DNA from: Saprolegnia diclina VS20
Lineage: Eukaryota
Length of the DNA stretch: 53,355 bases
Assembly: GCF_000281045.1 (NCBI RefSeq)
Contig: NW_008246084.1
Location: forward strand, 749,824 to 803,178
Direction of reading: 5' to 3'
The notes below the pieces were generated by a model that searched no databases, was not told the origin of the DNA, and worked only from the letters and a program-made list of their open reading frames with translations. Shown in pieces: positions 34,210 through 45,400 of this stretch. The position numbers and the translations under genes were made by a program. The first letter of the stretch is position 1. Every line of letters begins with the position of its first letter.

Positions 34210-35775
34210 ATGAAGTGCAACGTGCTGGCCCTGGCGGTGACCGCCGCCCTCCTCGCGCAAGGCGCCGACGCCTCGTACGAGGCCAAGTTCCTCAGCTGGA
34301 TGAAGAAGTTTGCGGTCAAGCTCAACCCGCTCGAGTGGGTCCACCGCTTTGAGGTCTTCATCCTCAACGACCAGCTCATCGAGGCCCACAATAAGGACGC
34401 GAGCTCGAGCTTCACGATGGGCCACAACGAGTACTCGCACTTGACCTTTGAGGAGTTTAAGAAGCTGCGCACGGGCCTCCGCGTGTCGCCGTCGTACATC
34501 CAGAGCCGCGCCAAGTACGCGCTCATGGCGCCGGCCGTCAACATGACGGACGTGCCCAACGAGATTGACTGGGTCGAGCAGGGCGGCGTGACGCCCGTCA
34601 AGAACCAGGGCATGTGCGGCTCGTGCTGGGCGTTTTCGACCACGGGTGCGATTGAAGGCGCGGCCTTTGTCTCGAGCAAGCAGCTTGTGTCGGTCTCGGA
34701 GCAGGAGCTGGTCGACTGCGACCACAATGGTGACATGGGCTGCAGCGGCGGCTTGATGGACAATGCCTTCAAGTGGATCAAGACGCACAGCGGTCTCTGC
34801 AAGGAAGAAGACTACCCGTACCATGCCAAGGAAGGCACGTGCGCGCTCAAGAAGTGCAAGCCGGTTACCAAGGTCTCGGGCTTCCATGATGTCCCGGCCA
34901 ACGACGAGCAGGCGCTCAAGGCCGCGGTCGCCAAGCAGCCTGTCTCTGTGGCCATTGAAGCCGACCAGCCCGAGTTTCAGTTTTACAAGTCGGGTGTCTT
35001 TGACAAGAGCTGCGGCACGAAGCTCGACCACGGTGTCTTGGTCGTTGGGTACGGCGAAGAGGGCGGCAAGAAGTACTGGAAGGTCAAGAACTCATGGGGT
35101 GCAGACTGGGGCGACAAGGGCTACATCAAGCTCGCCCGTGAGTTTGGCCCCGAGACGGGCCAGTGCGGTGTCGCGATGGTGCCGAGCTACCCGACGGCGT
35201 CGATCATTGGCGCTGACAACCACGAGAACGACGACTCGAGCGACGATCTGGCGGCGCCCGTTGTCCACCATGCGCCCGCCGCGGACGCATGGCTCCTTGA
35301 GAAGAGCTCGGGCGTCACGATTGTGCAGTGTGGCGACGTGTCGTCGCAGCTCGCGACTTTTAGCGACCTGAGCGTCTCGCCCAAGGCGCCCAAGCGCGGC
35401 AAGCCGATCCACTTTGTGGGCAACGGCAACGTCAAGCAAGCGTTCGACTCTGCGCACATGACGATCTCGGTCAAGCTCGGCGGCCAATTGCTCTACTCGC
35501 ACTTCGGGAGCATGTGCGGCCACACGCACATTCCGCTGCCGCTCGGCATTGGCCACATTGACGTGGACGGCTTTGCCTGCCCGGTCAAGGAAGGGTCGTT
35601 CAAGGACATTAAGCTCTCGCTCAACTTGCCGGTGATTGCGCCGGAAGGCAACTATGAGATCAACCTCACGAGCGAAGACGCGGCCTCCAAGGCGTCGGTG
35701 TTTTGCGTCCAGGTCAAGATGGATCTCTCGGACAATACCGACAATGTCTACCAGCGCTTTAGCGCCTTGGGCTAA
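34210..35775 (+). CDS. Secreted papain-family (C1A) cysteine protease with I29 propeptide and C-terminal ML lipid-recognition domain
   Basis: Signal peptide. Propeptide F..N...I..HN...F.MGHNEYSHLTFEEF. Catalytic motifs QGMCGSCWAF, DHGVLVVGYG, WKVKNSWG. C-terminal IVQCG..LSVSP.AP.RG...CPVKEG..LPVIAPEGNY..VFCVQV is ML-like. Confidence 0.92.
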   Translation: MKCNVLALAVTAALLAQGADASYEAKFLSWMKKFAVKLNPLEWVHRFEVFILNDQLIEAHNKDASSSFTMGHNEYSHLTFEEFKKLRTGLRVSPSYIQSRAKYALMAPAVNMTDVPNEIDWVEQGGVTPVKNQGMCGSCWAFSTTGAIEGAAFVSSKQLVSVSEQELVDCDHNGDMGCSGGLMDNAFKWIKTHSGLCKEEDYPYHAKEGTCALKKCKPVTKVSGFHDVPANDEQALKAAVAKQPVSVAIEADQPEFQFYKSGVFDKSCGTKLDHGVLVVGYGEEGGKKYWKVKNSWGADWGDKGYIKLAREFGPETGQCGVAMVPSYPTASIIGADNHENDDSSDDLAAPVVHHAPAADAWLLEKSSGVTIVQCGDVSSQLATFSDLSVSPKAPKRGKPIHFVGNGNVKQAFDSAHMTISVKLGGQLLYSHFGSMCGHTHIPLPLGIGHIDVDGFACPVKEGSFKDIKLSLNLPVIAPEGNYEINLTSEDAASKASVFCVQVKMDLSDNTDNVYQRFSALG

Positions 35776-35930
35776 GCCTCGCCTCAACATGCTTTCTCCT
35801 TCTATCATCAAAGCAACGTGTTGACTTCAAAGAGCATCGTGAGTGCGTCCGAGTTGGCACCACCAGCTCTTGGTCGATCGCCCGACATGGTCTTCTTCTA
35901 TTGTATGTGTGTTATGTAGCGTATCGCAGC

Positions 35931-38411
35931 TTAAATCATGGTGCTCGGCGCCGTCTTGCGGCCATACGCGTCGATCGCAAACGCCTTTTCATTGAAGCGC
36001 ACGTGGTGGCCCTCGCTCGGCGTCGTCTCGAGCTCGTACCGGGTCTGGCCAATGTCCATGCCATGGTTGCTGTCGAGCACGTGGCCGTGGCTGTCGAGAA
36101 AAGACGCATTGTCCAGCGAGCTCTGGTTGAGCATCGCGCGGTGCACAGTGCGCTCTTCGGTACTCATGACGTCGTCGTTGGCAACCGACGACGCGCGCGT
36201 CACGGGCGTGCTCGGGCCGCGGACCTTGCTGAAAAACATAAAGTGGCCCTTGGACTGGCGGTACTGGATGAAGGCAATCGCAAGGATGACGAGCGCGAGG
36301 AGCGAGACCGTGATCGGCACGGTCGGGCCAAAGCCCTTGGCCGACGCTTGAGCCCGGAACGCCCAGTTGGGCTCAATGTCGACCACCCACGTGCAGCGAG
36401 GACCGCCCCAGAGCGTCGTGCACTGGCACCGGTTCTTGACGCAAATGCCCGTCATCATGGACGCACGCGTGCAGTCGTCATCGGAGTTGCAGGTCGCCCC
36501 GCCGGCCACATCAATGACCGAGTTGTTGGCGTCCGAGTAGTCGCCAATGTTGTCGAGAATCCACGTGCTCGTCGGGTGACTGGCGGGGTCGCACCCAATG
36601 TGGCTACCATTCTCTTCTTGGCCGCGGAGGTCTTGCCACACACGAATATAGTCGACGCTCAAGTACATCGGGAACGAATCGCAGATTTTGGTCTCGGCGA
36701 CGACCGTCGCGCGGTTGGTCTTGTTCTTCCAGAGCCAGCCCGGGTCGGTTTGGTTGCCGCGGCAGGGTCCGTACCCTGCGTTCGGTGGCATCGTGCCCCA
36801 CGCCGGCGCCGTCGCCACGTTGAAGATGAGGTACATGGGCTCTTCGATCGGGAGCTTGACCGGGTTGGTTTCATTCCCGCCCTGCGGCACGTTGAGGATC
36901 GACTGGGACGGGATCTCGAAGAGCACTTGGTCGTCGAGCGCCCACCGAATGTGGCCGTTGGGGCCGAGCACCCTAATGAATATTGTCAAGGCGAGGAAAA
37001 TGGAGCAAATTCGTGTCGCACCACTCGAGCGAGTAGTTCATGTAGCCGCGGTACGCCTCTTGGGTCGTAAACCAGTTGGCCGAGAGCGCGTCCATTTGAT
37101 AGTTGAACGGCGTCATCTGGTTGGTCTTGGCGCGGCCGTCCGGCCGGGCAAACTCGCAGCGGTAATACTGGTTGTCCGGGTCGCAGAGGTACACGCCCTT
37201 GTAGCCGTTCGCTTGGGCAAAGCACGTGCTCTTCTCGTTCACGCCCCAGTGCGTCGGACCGACACCGTCAATGAGCCCGAGGTCGCCGTTGACGTCGCAA
37301 GACGCGGGAATAGCCTGCTGGTCGCCCGGAGACGAAAAGCACGTGTTGGTCGTGATCTTCTTGGCCGTCACCGACTGATAGACCGAATTGTACTGCTGGC
37401 CGTACGTGGCATTGGGCGCGCACTTGTTGTTGGCCGCGTACCGCAGCCCTTGGTACCAGTGCTGTCGCTTGAAGGCCGCGGACGGGACGTTGGCCATGTT
37501 GGCGCCCGTGTACTTGCACTTCTTGTCGTAAAAGCAGCCGCCGTCGTCCGCGTTGTAGAGCCGGTAGTCGAACGGCATGCCCGGTCCAATCTGGATCGAC
37601 GACGAGATTTCGTTGCCGCCGCCCTCGAGAATGTCAATTTCCGGCGCGCCGCGGCCCTGGAACGGGTTGAGGCCGTGGCCCGGCGTCGCGTTGCACGCCG
37701 AGATGCGCTGCATGTCCTTGTAGCGCGGGTCGCATTCGTTGTACGTCCACGGCCACATGCGCCGCGTCGATGCGCTAAAGAGCGCGCGCCCGAGGTTGCC
37801 CATGAGCCAGATACCAGGCCACGTCGGATAGAAGCCGCGGTCGCTCTCGACGAGGCGCTGGTACGGCGGGTACTTGGGGTTGCCGGACGCGGCGTCCAAT
37901 GCGCCTGGCAGCTGGAGGCGCACCTCGATGAGGCCGCCTTGGAGGCAGAATTTGTTCCATGTCTGAACCATCGCGCCCGTGTAATACTAGGGAACTGTGA
38001 GTTGTACATACGAGGATCAAGCTAGCGCACCATGTTCTTGTTGACCCAGCCGGGTTTGGTCGAGTATTGGTCCCAATACTGGATGGGCACGGTACCTTCG
38101 TCGACGCGGATGAGGAACTTGCCGTTCGACGTGTACGTGTTGTGGGGGCTATAATACCCGATCGCGCTGTTGACGCCGTCTGGCAGGTTGAGTGCGGTCC
38201 AGAGGTGGTCCATACCGGCGGTGAAGTTGCGGTTCTCGTTGTTGAATTCGTCCGACATGACAAGGTCGTACTCGTGGCCGCGCGACGTGGTCTTGGTCAA
38301 GGCCCACTCGGGGGTCTCGACGTCGACCCATGTCTTGACGCCCGACTTGGTCGGCGCGTCCTGCACCTCGGCCATGGCCGCGCCGAGAACGAGGAAGAGG
38401 CGCCACCACAT
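35931..38411 (-). CDS. Beta-glucan synthesis-associated KRE6/SKN1-like GH16 protein
   Basis: Exons 38411-38031, 37986-37022, 36972-35931. Motifs LVMSDEFN, MVQTWNKFC, WPGIWLMGNLGRA, WPWTYNEC, GRGAPEIDILE, PIEEPMYLIFN, VDYIRVWQ, GCDPASHPT. N-terminal signal peptide and C-terminal TM segment. Confidence 0.92.
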
Positions 38412-39429
38412 GGGAGAGCTGGGGCTTCTGCTGGCCGTCGGCAAATGCGAAACTAAGAAGATCCGGCTCCGTGCTGGGCCCATCCGGATACACGTGACCC
38501 GCGACGGTGCACTTGGGTTCATTATGATACAATATTTGGCGCCAGGTGACGCCACTTCCACCGTCGCGCTCACTGTGGTACGCGGTGCTCTCGGCGGGGG
38601 GACATCCTTACAAACACCAAGTATAAAAAATGATGGCCACTGTCGCAGGGCAGCAACGCAGGTCGCGCTGCCCACGTGGTGCGCTGGAATTCCAACCTCC
38701 GCTGCGGTCCACGAAGGCTCTCGCTGCTCGATTTCCACAGCACTCGAAACATTTTGTTGGCATTTATGTCGAGGAGGTAGCGCGTACCGTGTAGTATACC
38801 ATCGTTCGAAGACGCACGCACGTGGAATCCAGCAAGGTGATAGACGACGTTCTTCTTCCGCGCTCTTCGATCCATGGCTCTTGCTGGCCACAGCGGCGCG
38901 CTGGATCCAAACGACGCGCGCCATTTTGAGTCAAAGAGGGTCGGACTGGCGCAAGCGTCGGTGGCCATGCAAAGCTTCTTTTGTGCCAAAGACAAAGCAT
39001 GCTGTCGATAGACAATATTGGGATCCAAGTCGGAATCAAGTCGAGTTGTGCCGATGGACAGAAGTCTGGACGGGCGACAAAGACGGAGGGAACGTTCGAC
39101 TTTGGACGCACCAAGGGCCATGTGCGACGCGGTCTCCCTTTCGCACGCAGAGGCATTGCGAGAAAGCAGACGTCCAAAGAGTCGGTCGGTTGTCGGATGA
39201 AATCGGACAAACGACAAAGTACGAAATCTACACGGTGAAGGCAACCCGACTATTTTGGCGTTCCATGGTATTCGGTGCATGTTGCTAATCGAGACTGTGT
39301 CGCCAAAGCCAGCAACGTCCTGGGTCTCGTCCATGGCTGTCCCTGCTCCTCATTCTTTGTCGGATAACTCGAGCAAAAGACTTCTCAACGCAAAACACGG
39401 TAGTGTACTAGTATGCAATTTGGTCACGC

Positions 39430-42400
39430 TTATGAAAAGGCCACGTGGAGCTTGAGCTTCCCGGCCGTCTTGCTCGTCGCGCCGCCTTCAATCGGGCTCG
39501 GCTCGGCGTCGTCGTCGTCCGGCAAGCCGAGGATCTCCGTCTTGACGTGCAGCTGGCCGTTCACGACGCCGTTGACGCGAATGTCCAAGAGCATATCGAC
39601 GCGCGGCTCCGAGAGGCGCAGCGGAAGCAGCACGTTGCCGAGTGTCTCGTCCACGAGCATGCTCTTGTCAAAGAGCGTAAACGAAATCTGCTTGTGCTTC
39701 TCGGGCGCCTTCCAGTCAAACGTCAGCGTCTCCTTCCAGCTCATGTTGGCTGACGCCGCCTTGAGCGCCGTCGTCTTCTGGCTCTTGCCGCCGAGCTCAA
39801 CGCCAATGTACGGCGCCAGGTTGGGCGTCGAGCCAAACATGGTCTTGGGCGGCACATAGTTGACGAGGTCGAGGACCGTCACGAGCACTTGGAGCGACGG
39901 CGGCTTGCCGTCGCGCGCCTTCTTGGGCTTGCCCCAGAGCATGTACTCCTTTTCAAGGCGCGGGAGGTCGACCGACATGGCGCTGAGGTCGGCCACGTTC
40001 GAGTGGACCCACTTGCTCAGCGGCGAGCTGCCCGTCTCTTGGTCAAAGTCCATCATGAGCTGGTTGAGCGGGATGCGCAACTGCCCAATCGTGCTCTCAA
40101 AGCCCGTAAACGAGTCGCGGACCTTGAACGTCACGTTCGTAGTCGCCGACTCGGTCTTGAGCTCAATGTTCTTGGCCGCGCGCCACTCGGGGTTGGCCGT
40201 ACCAAAGAGGCACTTGGTCTGGAACACCACCTTGTCGTTCAAGAGCACGTAGCAGATCGGGTTGCACTGGCCGGATGACGCGACGAGGCCGCTCGCACTG
40301 AGAATCTCAACGTGCAGCATCGAGGGCTGCTGCTTCGAGGGCACAACGAGCACCTTGTCGACAAACTGGCGCTCCTTGCGACGCCGGCCCTGGAACGGCA
40401 CAACGTCCTCGAGCGTCTCGGAGGCTTCCGTCGCCAGCGTGTGCGCGGTCGACGTGACCGTCTTGAGCAGGACGACGGGCGCGCCCGCGAGGCCCTGCAC
40501 CGCGCCTTGCATGAAGCCCGTGACACCGCCCGACATGGCGCCTTCCACCGGCTTGGTGATGATGCCCGTCAGGCCAAGACCAAGGTTTTTCGCAAACTTG
40601 AGCCCGCCGTCGACCACTGACGTCGACTCGTTCGCGTCGCGCTCGTCCTTGTCGTGGGGCGTGTCGGCCACGTCCGAGACCTCGTCCATGAGCTTGTCGA
40701 GGCTGCCAGTAAACTTGGCGAGCGCGCCCGTGCCCGTCTTGGCGACCGTCTTGCCGAGAATCTTGACGCCTTCGCCGCGCGTTTGCGAGTCGCCCAAGAC
40801 CTCGTTGGTCGTCACCTTGAGAAAGGCCTTTAAGCCCGACCCGAGGTCTTCCACGAGCCCCACCGGGTTGCCCAGCATGTCGATCGAGCCCACGAGCTTG
40901 TACGCCTGCATGACCACGTCGCGCGAGTAGGTTTGCACGAGCTGCGACACGAGGCGGTCTTTCGTCGTAAAGCAGTGGCGCTTTGTGATCGCGCTAAAGC
41001 TAAACGACGGCGACCCGCTGAGCTTGGAGCCGACAATGCCAATGAGCTGCATGAGCGCGTTGACGAGCCACGAGCGTGAGTGTGCCATGGCCTTGGAGCG
41101 CGCAATGTCTTCCTTCTGGATGATGCACTCGAGCTTAAACTGCGTCTCGCGCACCGAGAACGCCTCGAAATACAAGAGCTGCGAGTTGCGGATCGGTGCT
41201 GGGCACGGCATCGGCTTGCTGTAAAGCTCGAGCGCGAGCTCCAGCTGCGACTGGAGCGCCGTCTCGGACGCCAAGAGCGGTTCGAGCAGCCCGAGGAGCT
41301 TGAAGAGATAGTCAATGTCGACGCGGATGTAGGCCGGCTGCACGGCCACGTCCATGACCTTGAAGAGGCTGCCATTGTCGCCAAGCGTCTCGAGCACGAG
41401 CTTGAAAAAAGGCACGGGCGTCACCGAACCGCTGTTGTAGCCGCTGTCGACGGGCGCGAGGATGACCGGGAACTTGGCGTTCGCGAGCATATTGTCGACT
41501 TGGAGGTTGAAAATCGAAATGTCCCACTCGAGCGACTGCGGCGCGCTCTGCACGCGCACGTCGTCCATCGAGAGGTACAGCACTTCCTGCGGCAGCGCGT
41601 CCATAAAGCTGACGCCAAACCCGGCAAGGCGCATGTCGAGCGCCGTCGTGTACAAGGACGCCGCGACCGCGCGCGCCTGGCCTTCCAAGCTCGTCTTGGC
41701 GCTGCGGAGCTTGTCGAGGTGCTTGGATCGGGCGTCGACGATGCGCAGCACGCGCGCGCTGCCGACGGGCACGACCTCGAGGACAAACTTTTTGGGGCCG
41801 TCCATGAGCTTGAGCAGCGAGAGGTCCGACGTCTTGACGGGCCCGACCGAGTCAATGTCGACCGTGAACTTTTGGCCTTGAATCGTCACGTCCAGCTTGT
41901 GGTCGGCCACGTACGCCTGGTCCCACGCAAACGCGAGGCGCTCAGCGCGCGCGAGCTCGGTCGTTTGCTTGGCGAGGTTGCTGCCCTGGCGCAAGGTCAC
42001 TGGGTGCATCGTGTAGTTTTCGACGCCGTACGGCGGGTACGACGACGCGTCCGTGAGCACGACAAAGAGGTGCGTGCCCAGCAGCTGGATGCTCGCTTTC
42101 ACGATAAAGCCGCGCTTGCGGATCGTGCACTCGAGCGGAAAGTACACGTCGCCGACCGCGTTGACCGCAAGAATTGACGACCAGACCGTCGACCCCGACA
42201 GCGCCATGCTAAAGTACTTTTGGCACTTGACGAGCGGGTCCTTCGAGAGCGGCTCAAACGCATACAAGACCCCGTTCGAATGCGACGCGAGGTCGTACGT
42301 CGGGCAGTTGCTGACGGCCGCGAGCTCGTTCAGATGGTCGGTCGCCGGCGTCGCAAACGCGCGCACTTGAATGTCGTACGGCGTGTGGTTTTGCACCACG

Positions 42401-45400
42401 TAGCGCGGGCTCAGCGCGATCGCAATCGAGTCGGCAAAGAGCCCTTCAAGCCCCGTAATGTCGACGCCGAGCACGTGCCCGCTGCTGTAGACTTCGCCGC
42501 TTGTCTGCACGGCCGACGCGTTCATGGGCTCCGACCACGCGGCCGCCGCACTAAGCTGATGAAACATCGGCGGCACCACGTCGTCCGTCACGAGCGGCGT
42601 CCATGACGGTGGCGTCGACGTCGACGGCGCGTTGGCCCGGAAGCTCATGCGGGCCTTGGGCGCGTGCACCATGATGGGCGTCGCAAAAGCCGGGTGGACC
42701 GTCACTTCGTCGACCGCGCCCGACGCCGCGTCCGCGTCCGGCAGCTTGTACGAGAGGTCGAGGCCCGTCTTGTTGACGATCCAAAAGGGCACGGAAAACT
42801 TGACCACGCGCGGCTGCCCGGGCATCGTCGCGCGCTCAAAGCTCACGCTCAGATTCGGCTCGAGCTCGTACTTTTCAGGCGCCGTCGTAAAGAGGTCGAC
42901 CGTCGCATGGATCGCCATGAGCAGCGGCTTGGACCACATCGACGTCGCCGCGCCGTTGCGCAGCCGGAACGCCATGTACCCGGGAGTCTGCGATGAGAGC
43001 CCTTCGACTTCACCGGTCGCGCCAGACGCCACCTCGCCGTGGACCGAGCTCGCTTCGAGGAGCGTTTGAATTCCGTTCATGTCCATGCGGCCGGCGCCGG
43101 GTGTCGCGCGGTACTCCAAAAACCGATACTCGATCGTGTACGGCAGCGCATTGTGAATCACAAACGACGGCAGCACCGACAGCTCCCACTGCACCGTGTT
43201 GTCCGTGAGCACGTGGCGGTAGAGGAGGATGCTGGGCGTGAGCTGCTTGACGAGCTTCGACGCCTTGTGCTTTTGGTGCAGCGGCACGATCGTACCCTTT
43301 CGCACAAACGAGTTCATGCTCGACTCGGTCTTGTTGAGCTCGGGCTTTTGGGCGTCGAGGAGCATGTCGTTCGTGAGCTTGATGTTGACGTGCCAGCTCT
43401 TGCTGTTGGCGCTGCGCAAGTAGACTTCCGTGTCGCCCATAAACACCGAGATGGGCAGCGACAGCGACGTCGCGCTCTCGAGCGTCGTCACCTTGTCGTT
43501 AAGCGATGTAAACCCCGCCAGGTGCACAAGGCTCTGCATCTCCATGTCGAGCGAGCTCTTGTTCGAGATGACAATGTTCGACTTGAAGACGACGCTGGCG
43601 TCTTTCGGGTCTTCGAGGCGGCAGATCGCATTGAGCGTGATAAAGTGAGCGCCAGCACTGTCCTTGACGACGAGCTCTTTCGGGCCAAACGCAGGCAACG
43701 CCACGTCCGTGAGCGCGCCCCAGGACGGGATTTCGACTCGGCAGTTGGCGACATCCACGCTTTTCAGCGCCTGCACCGAGCGCGGCTCCAAGGTAATTTG
43801 ATCGTCGCCATTGCCAAAGATGAGCGGCACACCCGTCAAGTTGGTGACGTGGAACGGCGGCTCGTCCGGCCGGTACACGACCTTGGGCGCATCGGGCTCG
43901 ACTACGTGCTCGCCCGACATAATCTCGGGCAAGATCGCCAGCACCTCGAGCAGCGACGACGACACGTTGATCTGGAAGCGCTTCTCGGCTTCGAGCCAGA
44001 CGCGGACGCCCTCGACGCCCGCCGCGCTGTTGACGCCGACCAGACACACCCACGGCTCGATACTGTGCTCCATTTGCCCCGAGAGGTCACTGTAGCACGA
44101 CGCTGCGACCTGGAGACCGAGCGTCATGGCCCATTCGGAGGCTTGCGCGTTGACGTCATAGACATTCGGGCCAATCGCAGCCGAGAGCGCGACCGAGCAC
44201 GTCAATTCGTCGACAACAAGGTCGGCGCGGCACGCCGTCGACGGCAGCTTGTCATCGAGCAGCACGACGTGGAACGCGCCGAGCTTGATGTCACTGCGCA
44301 CTCGCAGCGAGACACCGGCCATGGTCGGCGCCGGTTTGGTTTCGACCACCTCGATCGTCGGCTCGGCGCTCTGGTTGAGAATCATCTTGGCCGCCGACTC
44401 AAACTCGACGATCCCGCCGCACGCCGTGTCGTCGTTGACCGTCCACGCCAAGTCAATGTCGCGGTTCTCGTCCGAGGTCGCCAAATTCGGAACGACGAGC
44501 GCGTCCCAGACTGCGTGCGCCGCCTCGTGGTGCTGCAAGAGGCGCACAAGCTTGCGCTGCAAGAGGGCGGGCGACTGGCCAACCCGCGACGTTCGTGTCG
44601 CGCCCATTTCCGCTTGGTACAAGCTCCAAAACGCATCGAGCGGGTCGGACGCGGCGCGGGACGTCAAAAAGAAAAACCAGTCGGATGGCGTCGACTTGGA
44701 GAACGGGCCAAAGAGCGTTTCGAGCACGTTGAGCGCGTCGTACTCGCACGCGTAGAGGTCGACGTAGCCGCGCAAATGGTCGACGTTCATGGTTTCCAAG
44801 AGGTAGTGGCGGAACTCGTCAAAGTCGATCGTACCGCTGCCGTCCTTGTCGATTGTGTTGAAGACCGTGGCCGTGAGCTCGCGGAGTTCACGCGTGAGCA
44901 GCTTCTGGTCCACGATCGCGTGCGCCAGCAGCATCTCGAGCTCGTCCAGCTCAATGGACTTCGTGTGGTCGACGTCAATCTCTTCAAACTGCGCCTGCGC
45001 CACGTCGAGGCGCTGCTTGATCTGCAGCGCCATTTCAGCCTCCTGCGCGACTTCCTGCGCGACGCGGCGCTTCTTCATCTGGTCGTCGGTCGTCGTCTGG
45101 ATCGTGCTCAGACTCGTGACGCTGCTCAGAAACATGGCAAAGTTGAGCTGCGAAAACGACAGCGTAATGTCCGAGACCGACACGGACAGCGTTTGCGCGA
45201 AGTCGCCCGACGCGGTCCGCGCCAGCTCGTACCCGTTGGCAATGCGGAGCGGCGCCAAGAGCGACTGCGGCAGCGAGGTTTGCGGCGAAAAGATGGTCGG
45301 GAACCCGCTCTTGTCCGTCGGCGCCTGGTACAAGCGCGGCAGCAGCGCGGCCTCCGAGAGCACAAGCTGCATCGACTCGGCGTCCAGTGAGCTCTTTACG

